A stretch of DNA of 64,000 bases, taken from an uncultured bacterium (GTDB lineage Bacteria; Krumholzibacteriota; Krumholzibacteriia; Krumholzibacteriales; Krumholzibacteriaceae). The stretch is taken from assembly GCA_963813815.1 (NCBI GenBank), contig CAWFAD010000005.1:1-64000 (forward strand), read 5' to 3'. Below, in pieces: positions 21,302-29,702 of this stretch (the first letter of the stretch is position 1; every line of letters begins with the position of its first letter). The translations under genes were made by a program, and so were the position numbers. The notes under the pieces were generated by a model. It did no database searches. It worked only from the letters and a program-made list of their open reading frames with translations, and was not told the origin of the DNA.

Positions 21302-23395
21302 TCAGTTCGGCGCAGGAGCCGTCGCGCGGCCCGCCGAAACGAGCGTCATGCGCGGAAGCTCGACGAAGAAACTCGCGCCCGCGCCGGGAGCGCTCCGGTG
21401 GCGGATGCGCCCCCCGTGGCTCTCCGCGATCTTGCGCGAGATCGAAAGGCCCATCCCCGTTCCGTCGGGCCTCGTCGTGAAGAACGGATTGTACAGCTTG
21501 TCCGCTATCTCCTCGCTGATGCCCGATCCCGTGTCGGCGAGCTCGATCTCGACGAATGCGGGATCGGCCCCCTCCCGGAGCGTCACGGTCACGCGGCCTC
21601 CCGGCGCGCACGCCTGGATGCCGTTGAGGGCGATGTTGAGTATCACCTGCTTGATCTGATCGCCGTCGAGAATGCAGCGATCGTCGGCGAGCGAGCTCTC
21701 GAACCGCAGATCGATCTCTCCCTCCTGCGCCCGATCCTCGACGAGGCGGAGCGCCTCCCGTACCACCTCGCCGAGCGCGAGCTCGACGGGGCACGGAGCG
21801 ACCGGGCGGGCGAAGGTGAGAAAGCTCTTGATGATGCCGTCGAGTCTCGCGATCTCGCCGAGAATGACGTCGAGATACGGGAGGCGATCGCCGTCCCCCG
21901 CGAGCTTCTCCCGCAGCACCTGCGCCGTCGTCGCGATGCCGGTGAGGGGGTTGCGGATCTCGTGCGCGATCCCCGCGGAAAGCTCCCCGAGCGAGCGCAG
22001 CCGGTCGGCCCGGCGGAGCTCCTCCTCCATCTCCTTCTGCGCCGTGAGATCCTCGAACACGACGATCACGGTCCGTCCGTGGTGCTCGTCGCGTGTGACG
22101 CGCGCCGTGTTGAGCCGCACCGGGATCGAGCGTCCGACCGGCCGCGCGAGAAGGCATTCGAAGGTGCAGCTCTCCTCGCTCCGCGCCAGCAGATGTTCGA
22201 AGATGCCCCCGTGACCGAATGGATTGGCGAAGAGATCGTCGAGCGGCCGGCCGAGCGGCGCGCCGCCGGCCAGCTCCCTCGCGCGCTCGTTGAGAAACTC
22301 GATCCTGCCGGAGCCGTCCGTCGTGAGGACGCCGCCGTTCATGTTCTCGAGCACCGTCTCGTTGAAGTCCTTGAGCTGCCGCAGGCGGCTGATGTTGACC
22401 GCGTTCGCGACCTCCTCCGCCAGAATCGTCTGAATCGTATTGAAAAAGTAATAGTCGTCCAAGTAGGCCTTCCGCGAACGGTAGGCCTTGCGCACGATCA
22501 GGAATCCGAGCCAGCGATTCTTGTAGAGAAGGGGCACGGCCGTATGGGACCAGGGGGCCGTCATGGAAAGGCACGTGCGAGCGGCGTCCGGCCCGACGGC
22601 GTCGAGATTGATGATCTCCGTGGGAAGAAGGTCGCACCGTTGCGCGGCCGCGAGACGCTCGACCGCTCCGTCCACGAACGCCGGCTCGAGCTGATACGCC
22701 GTCCGGACCTTGAGCACTTGCGCGTTGTTGCTGAACAAGAGGAGCGCCGAGCCGTCGGCGTCGAGATACCGGCAGAGCGCCATGAGAAAACGGTCGAGGG
22801 CGTCGCTCCAGTTTTCGTTCGTGCTGATTTCGCGGCCCATCTGATACAGCACCCGCAACCGCGTCACGTGGCGTTTCAGCAGCTCGTTCGCCTGTCGGAG
22901 CTCCTCGTTGATCCTCGCGAGCTCGCGGGCGAGCGCCTCCTTTCCCTCCTCGAGCCTGCGATTCTGCGTCTCGAGACGCACGAGGATTTCCTCGCTCTCG
23001 CTCCGCAGGCGGGCCTGGGCCACCGCCGACTCCACGGCCTCTCCGATCTTCGCGAGATCGAACGGCTTGAGGATATAGTCGAAGGCGTTCAGCCGCAGCG
23101 CCGCGATCGTGCTCTCGACCGACGCGAAGGCGGTCATGATGATGCAGGCCATCGAGGGATTCGTTTCCGAGAGCGGCGCGAGAAGATCGATGCCCGTCCG
23201 GTCGGGCAGCTTAAGATCCACGAGGGCGACGTCGAAGCGCTCATTCGCGGCGAGCGCCAGGGCCTCGGTCGCGGTGCCGGCGCCCGCGACACGGTATCCC
23301 CGGCCCGCGAGAAACTGAGAGACGAGCTCGAGGATCCCCGGCTCGTCGTCGACGACCAGTACCGAAGCGGACGCATGCTCCGACCGGTGAGCCAT
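21302..23395 (-). CDS. Hybrid sensor histidine kinase (REC-coiled coil-GAF-like-PAS-HisKA-HATPase)
   Basis: N-terminal REC (VVDDE, VDLKLP); AHEIRNPL H-box; NIALNGIQA, DTGSGI and FFTTR..GTGMGL boxes; no TM segment seen. Confidence 0.93.
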   Translation of the reverse strand: MAHRSEHASASVLVVDDEPGILELVSQFLAGRGYRVAGAGTATEALALAANERFDVALVDLKLPDRTGIDLLAPLSETNPSMACIIMTAFASVESTIAALRLNAFDYILKPFDLAKIGEAVESAVAQARLRSESEEILVRLETQNRRLEEGKEALARELARINEELRQANELLKRHVTRLRVLYQMGREISTNENWSDALDRFLMALCRYLDADGSALLLFSNNAQVLKVRTAYQLEPAFVDGAVERLAAAQRCDLLPTEIINLDAVGPDAARTCLSMTAPWSHTAVPLLYKNRWLGFLIVRKAYRSRKAYLDDYYFFNTIQTILAEEVANAVNISRLRQLKDFNETVLENMNGGVLTTDGSGRIEFLNERARELAGGAPLGRPLDDLFANPFGHGGIFEHLLARSEESCTFECLLARPVGRSIPVRLNTARVTRDEHHGRTVIVVFEDLTAQKEMEEELRRADRLRSLGELSAGIAHEIRNPLTGIATTAQVLREKLAGDGDRLPYLDVILGEIARLDGIIKSFLTFARPVAPCPVELALGEVVREALRLVEDRAQEGEIDLRFESSLADDRCILDGDQIKQVILNIALNGIQACAPGGRVTVTLREGADPAFVEIELADTGSGISEEIADKLYNPFFTTRPDGTGMGLSISRKIAESHGGRIRHRSAPGAGASFFVELPRMTLVSAGRATAPAPN

Positions 23396-23429
23396 CTACC
23401 ACCTCTCGTGTGCGGGAAGGAGCCGTCGA

Positions 23430-23789
23430 TCAGCCGGCGAGCCTCGACTTGATGAATCGGTCGAGGCTCTTGAGCGAGATCTCGTTTACATAGGTGAACA
23501 GTATGGCGACCCGGTACCGGGAGATCGCGGGGTCCTTCTTCTCGGGCTCCACGCGCACGACGATGCCGTCGCACGTTACCGACGCGTCGCTCCGCTTCGG
23601 GTCGGGGAGCGGCACGCGCAGCTCGAGCCGGACCTTGGTCAGGGGCTCCATGAAATGCGGCGATTCGAAATAAATGCCGCTCCTGCTGATGTTGAGCGCT
23701 TTGCCTTGCGCCGTGCCGGGCCCGCCGGTGACCGTGACCGCGAGATTCGCTTCGACCCGCTGCGCCTTCCGTCGTTCCGTTTCTATCAT
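23430..23789 (-). CDS. PilZ domain protein
   Basis: RRKAQR (RxxxR) and NISRSG (D/NxSxxG) c-di-GMP-binding motifs. Confidence 0.85.
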   Translation of the reverse strand: MIETERRKAQRVEANLAVTVTGGPGTAQGKALNISRSGIYFESPHFMEPLTKVRLELRVPLPDPKRSDASVTCDGIVVRVEPEKKDPAISRYRVAILFTYVNEISLKSLDRFIKSRLAG

Positions 23790-23830
23790 GGGACGCCGCT
23801 CTATCTCCCGTTATCCGATCAACGTGATCG

Positions 23831-23926
23831 TCAGCGTATTTTCTTCTTGTGGCGATTCTTGCGGAGACGCTTCTTCCTCTTGTGCGTCGCGATCTTCTTG
23901 CGTTTCCGCTTCTTTCCGCTTGGCAT
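23831..23926 (-). CDS. 30S ribosomal protein bS22-like (AURKAIP1/COX24-domain) 31-aa basic protein
   Basis: Read directly from the sequence: MPSGKKRKRKKIATHKRKKRLRKNRHKKKIR*, with a GGGAGG SD 4 nt upstream. Too short for the ORF track. Confidence 0.88.
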   Translation of the reverse strand: MPSGKKRKRKKIATHKRKKRLRKNRHKKKIR

Positions 23927-24029
23927 GTGTCCTCCCTATCGATCGACCGCCGCCGTCCGGCGACGCCGCTCCCGGGTCGGGCGCGCGGCAAGGCGCGCAT
24001 CCACCGCCGGACGCGACAGCAATAATCCG

Positions 24030-24305
24030 TTACGTGTTGACGAGCGCCCGGAGCTCGTTCGACGCCTTGAAATACGGCACGAGCTTCGCCGGCACTTCCA
24101 CCGCCGTGCCGGTGCGGGGGTTGCGGGCCTTGCGCGACTTGCGGCTCTTCACCTTGAAGCTTCCGAAGCCGCGGAGCTCAACCTTATCACCCTCGGCGAG
24201 CGCCTTGATGAGATTGTCGATGATGAGGTTGACGACGATGCTCGTGTCCTTCTTGCTCAGCCCGGTTTCCTTCGAGATTTCCTCGACGAGATCGGCCTTT
24301 GTCAT
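24030..24305 (-). CDS. HU/IHF-family DNA-binding protein (IHF-beta-like)
   Basis: MTKADLVEEIS...VELRGFGSF...ARNPRTG...VPYFKAS. Confidence 0.95.
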   Translation of the reverse strand: MTKADLVEEISKETGLSKKDTSIVVNLIIDNLIKALAEGDKVELRGFGSFKVKSRKSRKARNPRTGTAVEVPAKLVPYFKASNELRALVNT

Positions 24306-24405
24306 ATTCCGTCACCCCGCTCCTTACTTCGCGGTTCCCCGTAAGAGTGATCGCCCTCGATCCTCTCGCACGCAAAACGAATGAGCATGCGTAACGTCTT
24401 TGTAT

Positions 24406-24443
24406 TGCTATCACAATGCCGATGGCGTGTCAAAATATATTTT
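24406..24443 (-). promoter_or_regulatory. Promoter region of the HU/IHF operon: TTGACA -35, overlapping sigma54-like GG-N10-GC element and AT-rich palindrome
   Basis: Minus-strand TTGACA at 24428-24433; CGGCATTGTGATAGCA at 24406-24421; perfect palindrome AAAATATATTTT at 24432-24443. Confidence 0.5.
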
Positions 24444-24485
24444 TGCGCGAAAGGGCGGCGCCGCGAGGCGGAATCAATCGAGCGG

Positions 24486-24515
24486 TTGCACGGAGGGCGT
24501 CGAGTGTGCTATCAT
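24486..24515 (+). promoter_or_regulatory. Putative sigma70 promoter driving a non-coding RNA
   Basis: TTGCAC-N18-TATCAT with extended -10 TG; the predicted start at about 24522 coincides with the 5' end of a long stem. Confidence 0.6.
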
Positions 24516-24521
24516 AAAATT

Positions 24522-24623
24522 AAAGTTCCCCGTTCGTACCGTGTACCCCTGGTCGGTGGTTTTCAGCAACACGTGAGGATGTGAAACACCTCAGGGACAA
24601 AGCACGGGTAAACAGGGAACTTT
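24522..24623 (+). ncRNA. Unidentified ~102-nt structured non-coding RNA
   Basis: Terminal 9-bp stem AAAGTTCCC/GGGAACTTT plus further stacked helices; lower GC than the flanks; no credible ORF; own promoter. Confidence 0.6.
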
Positions 24624-24859
24624 CCGCGTGCATCGAGGCACTTCATCAAGAGTTGTGCCATTTCGCGGCGCCTACGGCGCCATGCCACAACCCGCGGACG
24701 CGCAATCAGTTGCGCCCGCTCCATCACGCCGCGTCCGCCCGCGTCGCGCTTGCCGCAACACGCATTCGCCACGCGGGCGGACGCCCGGTGTTGCGATTTA
24801 CACGATGTGCCTTGGTTGAGAGCGGAGAGTTGCTGCGATTCCTCGGCCCGCGCGGTCCG

Positions 24860-26260
24860 TCAGAGCGATCCGCCGCCGAGGCGGCAGATGCGGAAGAGCG
24901 TTTTGAAGAGCTCGACGTGAGCTTCGCTGAAGGGAACGTCGCGCCGATCCATCATCGTCCTCGCCGTATCGATCGCCTCGTCGAGCTCGAAGCGCACGTA
25001 CTCCGGCTCGAGCAGCCACGTGAAGCTCGGAACGAGCTTCGGAGGAAACCCGCTCGAGACGACGTTCGCGTTGAACCCGACCACAGCGCCCGTGTTGAGC
25101 CGCGAGTTGATCGCCACCTTCGCGTGATCGCCGATCGTCGCGCCGAGAAACCGGCGTCCCGTGTCGCGCATGCGCCCGGCGGTCCATGCCCGCACGAGGC
25201 CGTAGTTGTTCTTGAGATCGCTCGTGCAGCTGCCCGCCCCTATGTTGACCCACGAGCCGATGTAGGAATGACCGACGAACCCCTCGTGCTGCTTGTTGCT
25301 GAAGGGCGAGATCACGCTTTCCTCTATCTCGCCCCCCACCCGGCACCGGCGTCCGATCGTGGTGCCGCGGCCAATCTTGGCGCCGCCGCGCACGATCGAA
25401 CCCTCGCCGATCGCGCAGGGGCCGAAGATGATCGCGTTCGGCTCCATGCGCACGCCGTTGGCGATGACGATCGCGCCCTCGCTCGCGTCGAGCACCGTTC
25501 CCGATCGCACCTCCACGTCCGCGCCGATCACGATGTCGTTCTCGTTGATGAGCTCGACGCCCTTGAAGAGCTCCGTTTCAGGGGCCGTGCCGCGGAGCGG
25601 CGATTTCTGAAAATCGTCGACGATGCAGGCTCGATTCTCGCCGATGAGCTGCCAATAGTGCGACACGAGGCGCATGCTCGATTCCTCGAGCTTCACCCCG
25701 CTCTGCGAAGCCCACTTGGCGAGCGCCCTGCCGCGCGACGCATCCCCCTCCTCCCGGGCGGATACCGCCCCTCCCGTCTCGGAAGAGGAGACCCGTTTGA
25801 TCTCGGCCGCCGTTTTCTCCACGTGCGCGTTTGAAATCATGGAACCGATGTACCCCGCGAGGGCCGAGGCGCTCTCCCCCGCGAGCCTCGCCCCGACGAT
25901 CGTCCCTTTCTTCCTGTGGAGCGTTCCCGTCTCGACACGCGATACGAAGTCGCGAAGCTCCGTGCCGTACGCGAGCAGCCGGCCGTTCAGAAAGAGGATC
26001 TCCTCGCCCCCGGGCAGTGAGTTCACCGTGCCGGGGCGTCCGCCCTCGATCGCCTCGTCCGCGGCGAGAACGGCCGCCAGGTACGGTCGACAGAGGAGGG
26101 CCAACGATCGCGGATCGATCTCGTCGACGATGCGGCCCCTGAGGCTCTGAAGCCCGATCGCGAGATCGAAAACCGGATGGGCGAGGGAGAGGGGAAAGAA
26201 ATCCGCGTAACGATCGTCCTCGAATATGCAGAGGGCGGCAGACGGTTTGCTGTTATTCAT
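24860..26260 (-). CDS. Alternative GlmU-like putative sugar nucleotidyltransferase with hexapeptide repeats
   Basis: CIFEDD..FFPLS..PVFDL..G, FLNGR, SNKQHEGFVGHSYIG.WVNIGAG..SDLKNNY and hexapeptide repeats. Confidence 0.85.
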   Translation of the reverse strand: MNNSKPSAALCIFEDDRYADFFPLSLAHPVFDLAIGLQSLRGRIVDEIDPRSLALLCRPYLAAVLAADEAIEGGRPGTVNSLPGGEEILFLNGRLLAYGTELRDFVSRVETGTLHRKKGTIVGARLAGESASALAGYIGSMISNAHVEKTAAEIKRVSSSETGGAVSAREEGDASRGRALAKWASQSGVKLEESSMRLVSHYWQLIGENRACIVDDFQKSPLRGTAPETELFKGVELINENDIVIGADVEVRSGTVLDASEGAIVIANGVRMEPNAIIFGPCAIGEGSIVRGGAKIGRGTTIGRRCRVGGEIEESVISPFSNKQHEGFVGHSYIGSWVNIGAGSCTSDLKNNYGLVRAWTAGRMRDTGRRFLGATIGDHAKVAINSRLNTGAVVGFNANVVSSGFPPKLVPSFTWLLEPEYVRFELDEAIDTARTMMDRRDVPFSEAHVELFKTLFRICRLGGGSL

Positions 26261-26338
26261 TCGGAAGTCCGCTCGCGCCCGGCAGCGCCGGCGCGAGACG
26301 CGCCAGCGCAACCCGGGTCTTGCTCGATGATGGTAAAA

Positions 26339-26414
26339 TGGTGGAGTTGACGGGGCTCGAACCCGTGGCCTCTTGACTGCCAGTCAAGTGCTCTCCCAGC
26401 TGAGCTACAACCCC
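26339..26414 (-). tRNA. tRNA-Ala (GGC)
   Basis: 76-nt cloverleaf GGGGTTGTAGCTCAGCTGGGAGAGC...CTGGCAG...GGTTCGAGCC...ACCA with the G3:U70 Ala determinant. Confidence 0.97.
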
Positions 26415-26426
26415 ATGCAGATTTCT

Positions 26427-26454
26427 ATACTAATAGGATACGGCCCGTAGTCAA
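26427..26454 (-). promoter_or_regulatory. Putative promoter of tRNA-Ala
   Basis: TTGACT-N16-TAGTAT. Confidence 0.55.
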
Positions 26455-26494
26455 GCAGTAAATTGCCGCGCAGCCGCTCCCCGCGCAATTGGAC

Positions 26495-26523
26495 TTGGGC
26501 GGCGCGCCGCTCTGCGCTATACT
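26495..26523 (+). promoter_or_regulatory. Putative promoter of tRNA-Leu
   Basis: TTGGGC-N17-TATACT. Confidence 0.45.
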
Positions 26524-26549
26524 CCGGAGGAGTCTTCGCCGGATTTCGT

Positions 26550-26637
26550 GCCGGAGTGGTGGAACTGGTATACGCAGGGGACTCAAAATCCCCCGGGGCT
26601 TAGCTCCGTGAGGGTTCGATTCCCTCCTCCGGCACCA
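26550..26637 (+). tRNA. tRNA-Leu (CAA)
   Basis: 88-nt cloverleaf with long variable arm, anticodon loop CTCAAAA, GGTTCGATTCC T-arm and encoded CCA. Confidence 0.97.
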
Positions 26638-27679
26638 TACTATTCAACTCAACGGGTCGCCGATCTCCGTTCGCGGCCGCGTTTTTCATGATGCGATCGA
26701 CGCACATCGAAGGGGCGAGGTGCTTCTCGAAATATGAGCGGGCATTGCGCTCGAGCCGGCGCCGGTAGTCCCCATCCTCGACGATCAGACGGATCGCTTC
26801 CCTGATCCCCTCGACGGAGCCGTCGACGAAATGTATGTGCGTTCCGTGCTCCAGGGGCGCCGGAAGCTCCCGGCTCAGCGGCGTCGATATGATCGCCTTG
26901 CCGAGAGCGCAGTATTCTCCCAGCTTCCATCCGTGGCAGCCGTACACCGCCGGCGTGTTGAACGCGACGACGGAGCGCTTCACCTTCGCGAGGTACTCGG
27001 GGAACGTGTAGCGCCTGTCGATCATGAGAGCCTCGAATCCCGGCGCGTAGCCGCTCGGCCGCGGAGCAAAGCCGCCCTCGAATCGGATGCCGGCCATGTC
27101 CCGGCAGGCTTTGATGAAGCCGGCCCTGTGCTCGTTGCACCGCACGCAGCCGAGCTCTCGGCGCCACAGCGACGTCAGAAAAAATACATAGCCGTCCTCC
27201 GTCCGGCCCGGCTCGAACGCGGAGAGGGGAAGACGATAGTGGTACTGCCGCCAATAGTTGGCGAAGAGCTCCCGAACGGCGTGGAGTCCGCTCATCATCG
27301 CGCCCGATCTCCGAAAGTTCCCGGCGGCGAGCGTCCCCGCCCGCATCAGACCCCAGATCCGGATTCCGAAGCTCGGCCCGATCGACAGCACTTTGCTCCT
27401 CGCCTCTCCCCCGAGCGCTCCGGCGTCGACGTTTATTTTCGCGTAGGAATCGCACCAGTCGAGCGACTCCTCGTACAGAGCCGAGGAATCCTGCGTGTCG
27501 ACGAACACCTTGGCGCCCTCCGGCTCCACGCGGAAGGCCAGCGAATGCGGCTCGTGCCCGCCGGGGAAACCGTCGCGAGAGAAGCGAATGGAGCGGGGCC
27601 CGAAGATCTCCTCGATTCCCGCGAGATAGTACGAGCAGTAATAGGCGTCGAAATCGGGCCGAATGACGATACGCGGCAT
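26600..27679 (-). CDS. Putative glycosyltransferase (GT-B-like C-terminal domain)
   Basis: C-terminal part of ORF 26600..29419 from ATG 27679; NTPAVYGCHGWKLGEYCALGKAIIST...RRRLERNARSYFE resembles a GT-B C-terminal domain. The stop lies inside tRNA-Leu on the opposite strand. Confidence 0.7.
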   Translation of the reverse strand: MPRIVIRPDFDAYYCSYYLAGIEEIFGPRSIRFSRDGFPGGHEPHSLAFRVEPEGAKVFVDTQDSSALYEESLDWCDSYAKINVDAGALGGEARSKVLSIGPSFGIRIWGLMRAGTLAAGNFRRSGAMMSGLHAVRELFANYWRQYHYRLPLSAFEPGRTEDGYVFFLTSLWRRELGCVRCNEHRAGFIKACRDMAGIRFEGGFAPRPSGYAPGFEALMIDRRYTFPEYLAKVKRSVVAFNTPAVYGCHGWKLGEYCALGKAIISTPLSRELPAPLEHGTHIHFVDGSVEGIREAIRLIVEDGDYRRRLERNARSYFEKHLAPSMCVDRIMKNAAANGDRRPVELNSMVPEEGIEPSRS

Positions 27680-27697
27680 ATTTCCATCCGGTGATGG

Positions 27698-27750
27698 ATT
27701 CCCCTCGGCGCCCGGCTCCCTCAGGGATCGACTCTCCCCTCCGGCGCCAT
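27698..27750 (+). repeat. Degenerate direct repeat of the 3' half of tRNA-Leu (att-like scar)
   Basis: 27723-27750 AGGGATCGACTCTCCCCTCCGGCGCCAT matches tRNA 26611-26638 AGGGTTCGATTCCCTCCTCCGGCACCAT at 23/28; about 40/53 over the extended alignment (manual count). Confidence 0.7.
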
Positions 27751-27753
27751 TTC

Positions 27754-29568
27754 TCATTCCAACCCCCCGCTCGCGTCGAGCATCTTCCGCACCCCGGCCG
27801 CTTTGCCGTACGCGCCCGTCGCCTCGAGGCAGCGAATGATCCCCTCCATCGCATCCCGGTTGCCCGGCTCTATCCCCAGGATGCTTTCGTACGCTCGTCC
27901 CGCGTCCACCATCCGGTCCATCTTCTCGCAGCAATCGGCGAACATGACGAGCGCCTCCTTGGCCCGAGGATCGGACGGGAGGACGTTCGCGAGCGCCGAG
28001 ATCGCCTCGTCGCACCGCCCGCGCTCGTACCAGAGAACGCCGAGCTTGAAGTAAATATCCTGCGCCATGGCGGCGTAATACCGCGACGGCGCTTGCTCGA
28101 ACGCCCGCCGCGACGCCCCGAGCTCGCGCAGAACGCCCTCCTCGTTCCCGCTCCTCATGTGCGCTCCGGCGAGGGTGTAGTGCGCCATCGCGAGGTGCTG
28201 CGCGCGGCTCTTGAAAAAGGACGGATAGCTCGCGTTCGCGATCGCAAAGAACGCGACCACGAGAGCGCCGGCGCGCGCGAGCGCCCCACGGCGCCGCCCG
28301 CGCGCCGATTCGAAGCACTCGACGAGCGTCCAGGCCGCGAAGATGACGAGCACCGGCGCGGCCGGAAGACGATAGCGCGCCACGACGAAAAAGGCGACGA
28401 CGCCGACCAGGTACGCGAGCACGAAGAGATAGAGCAGCGAGAGCTCCCGGCGCCGGGGCCACAGCAGCGCCATCGCCGCGAGCGCGAGCGGCGAAACGAG
28501 CCAGAACCCCGGGAGCTGCGCCCGCCCGAGCCCGAATCGATGCCAGAAGAAATAGAGGTATTTTTCGTTGGAGCGCTCCGGCCCCTCCCAGAACATGTAA
28601 AGCTTTTTGAGCGCGAGCACGGCCGCGCCCCCGGGATCCGAGGCGATCCACGAGAGCCCCTTCCGCAGGTAGAGGTTCGACGCCTCCGCCGCTTTGAGCG
28701 GCCGCCCCGCTTCCGACGCCGCGAGCGCGAGGGCCTCGTCCCCCCCTCCCATCCATTCCGCCCCCGCGGCGGGGAGGAACGCGCTGCGTCCGTCGGAGGA
28801 GGCGTTGTTGCCGATGTAGAAGTTCAATCCGCCCGACCACGTTACCGGCACGAACGCCCTCTCGGCGCGATAATTGTGGATCGCCGCCGGGAGCAGCATC
28901 ACGAGCGCCGCGGCCGCCGCCGCGAGTCCGAGGCGCAGCCGGCGCGCGCGAGAGGCCGGCGCGTCGCCATCGGCGCGCGAGGCCAGATACACGATCGGGA
29001 TCGCGGGAAGCAGCGCGAGAATGGTCGGCCGCGCCAGCGCGGCGAGCCCGATGAGCGCGCCCGCCGTTACCGATCCCGCCGCCGTCGGCCGCGCCGCCGC
29101 CCGCGCGAGGCGCCAGAGCCCGAGAACCGCGAGCAGGATGAACACGGGTTCGATCAGGATCTCGCCCTCGAAGTAGATCATCGGCCAGTAGAGCGCCGCG
29201 AGCAGCCCGGCCGTGATCGCCACCGCGCGACCGAAGTACTCGCGCGCGAGGAGGTACACGAGGGCGCAGGTCGCCGCGCCGGCGGCATGATTCAGAAGAA
29301 CCGCGGCCGCGACGCTCCCGCCGCTCGCCCGGTAGACGAGCGAGAGGAGATACGGAACGAGCGGGCCGCGGAAATAGACGCCCCCACTCCCTTCTCCCGC
29401 CGCCAGAGCTCTCGCCCATTGGTCGATGTGGGCGGAGTCCATGATGAGATAGTCGAAGGCGGGGTTTCCCCGCGCGTTGAGAAAGAAAGCGACGAGGCGA
29501 ACGGCCGCCGCGGCCGCCGCCACGAGCGCGACATCCCTCCAGACGATGGAGCGCGGAGTCGACGTCAT
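27754..29568 (-). CDS. GT-C (ArnT/PMT-like) membrane glycosyltransferase with C-terminal TPR
   Basis: IMDS, RGPLVPY, YFEGEILIE, GLAALARP, SGGLNFYIGNN and RYRLP motifs; many TM helices; TPR tail. Confidence 0.82.
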   Translation of the reverse strand: MTSTPRSIVWRDVALVAAAAAAVRLVAFFLNARGNPAFDYLIMDSAHIDQWARALAAGEGSGGVYFRGPLVPYLLSLVYRASGGSVAAAVLLNHAAGAATCALVYLLAREYFGRAVAITAGLLAALYWPMIYFEGEILIEPVFILLAVLGLWRLARAAARPTAAGSVTAGALIGLAALARPTILALLPAIPIVYLASRADGDAPASRARRLRLGLAAAAAALVMLLPAAIHNYRAERAFVPVTWSGGLNFYIGNNASSDGRSAFLPAAGAEWMGGGDEALALAASEAGRPLKAAEASNLYLRKGLSWIASDPGGAAVLALKKLYMFWEGPERSNEKYLYFFWHRFGLGRAQLPGFWLVSPLALAAMALLWPRRRELSLLYLFVLAYLVGVVAFFVVARYRLPAAPVLVIFAAWTLVECFESARGRRRGALARAGALVVAFFAIANASYPSFFKSRAQHLAMAHYTLAGAHMRSGNEEGVLRELGASRRAFEQAPSRYYAAMAQDIYFKLGVLWYERGRCDEAISALANVLPSDPRAKEALVMFADCCEKMDRMVDAGRAYESILGIEPGNRDAMEGIIRCLEATGAYGKAAGVRKMLDASGGLE

Positions 29569-29702
29569 GGAAGCATCACCCTCTCTCGGGATGGAGACAC
29601 CCCGCCCGCCGGCGGGCGTTCGCGCGAGCCCGGCCGGCCGCGAGCCGGTTGCCCGAGTTTATAATCGACGAGCCGATCTTGCAAGCGCGGGAAACGGCGG
29701 CG

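Noticed and set aside
24522..24623. SRP (4.5S) RNA, 6S RNA or hammerhead identity for the structured RNA
   Set aside because: It has no CAGG...GRAA...AGCAG helix-8 motif, is too short and lacks the large central bubble of 6S RNA, and has no CUGANGA core.
27680..27757. Earlier start (ATG 27757) for the islet glycosyltransferase
   Set aside because: The extra 26 codons are the antisense of the decayed tRNA repeat and look non-coding; kept only as a possible coupled start.
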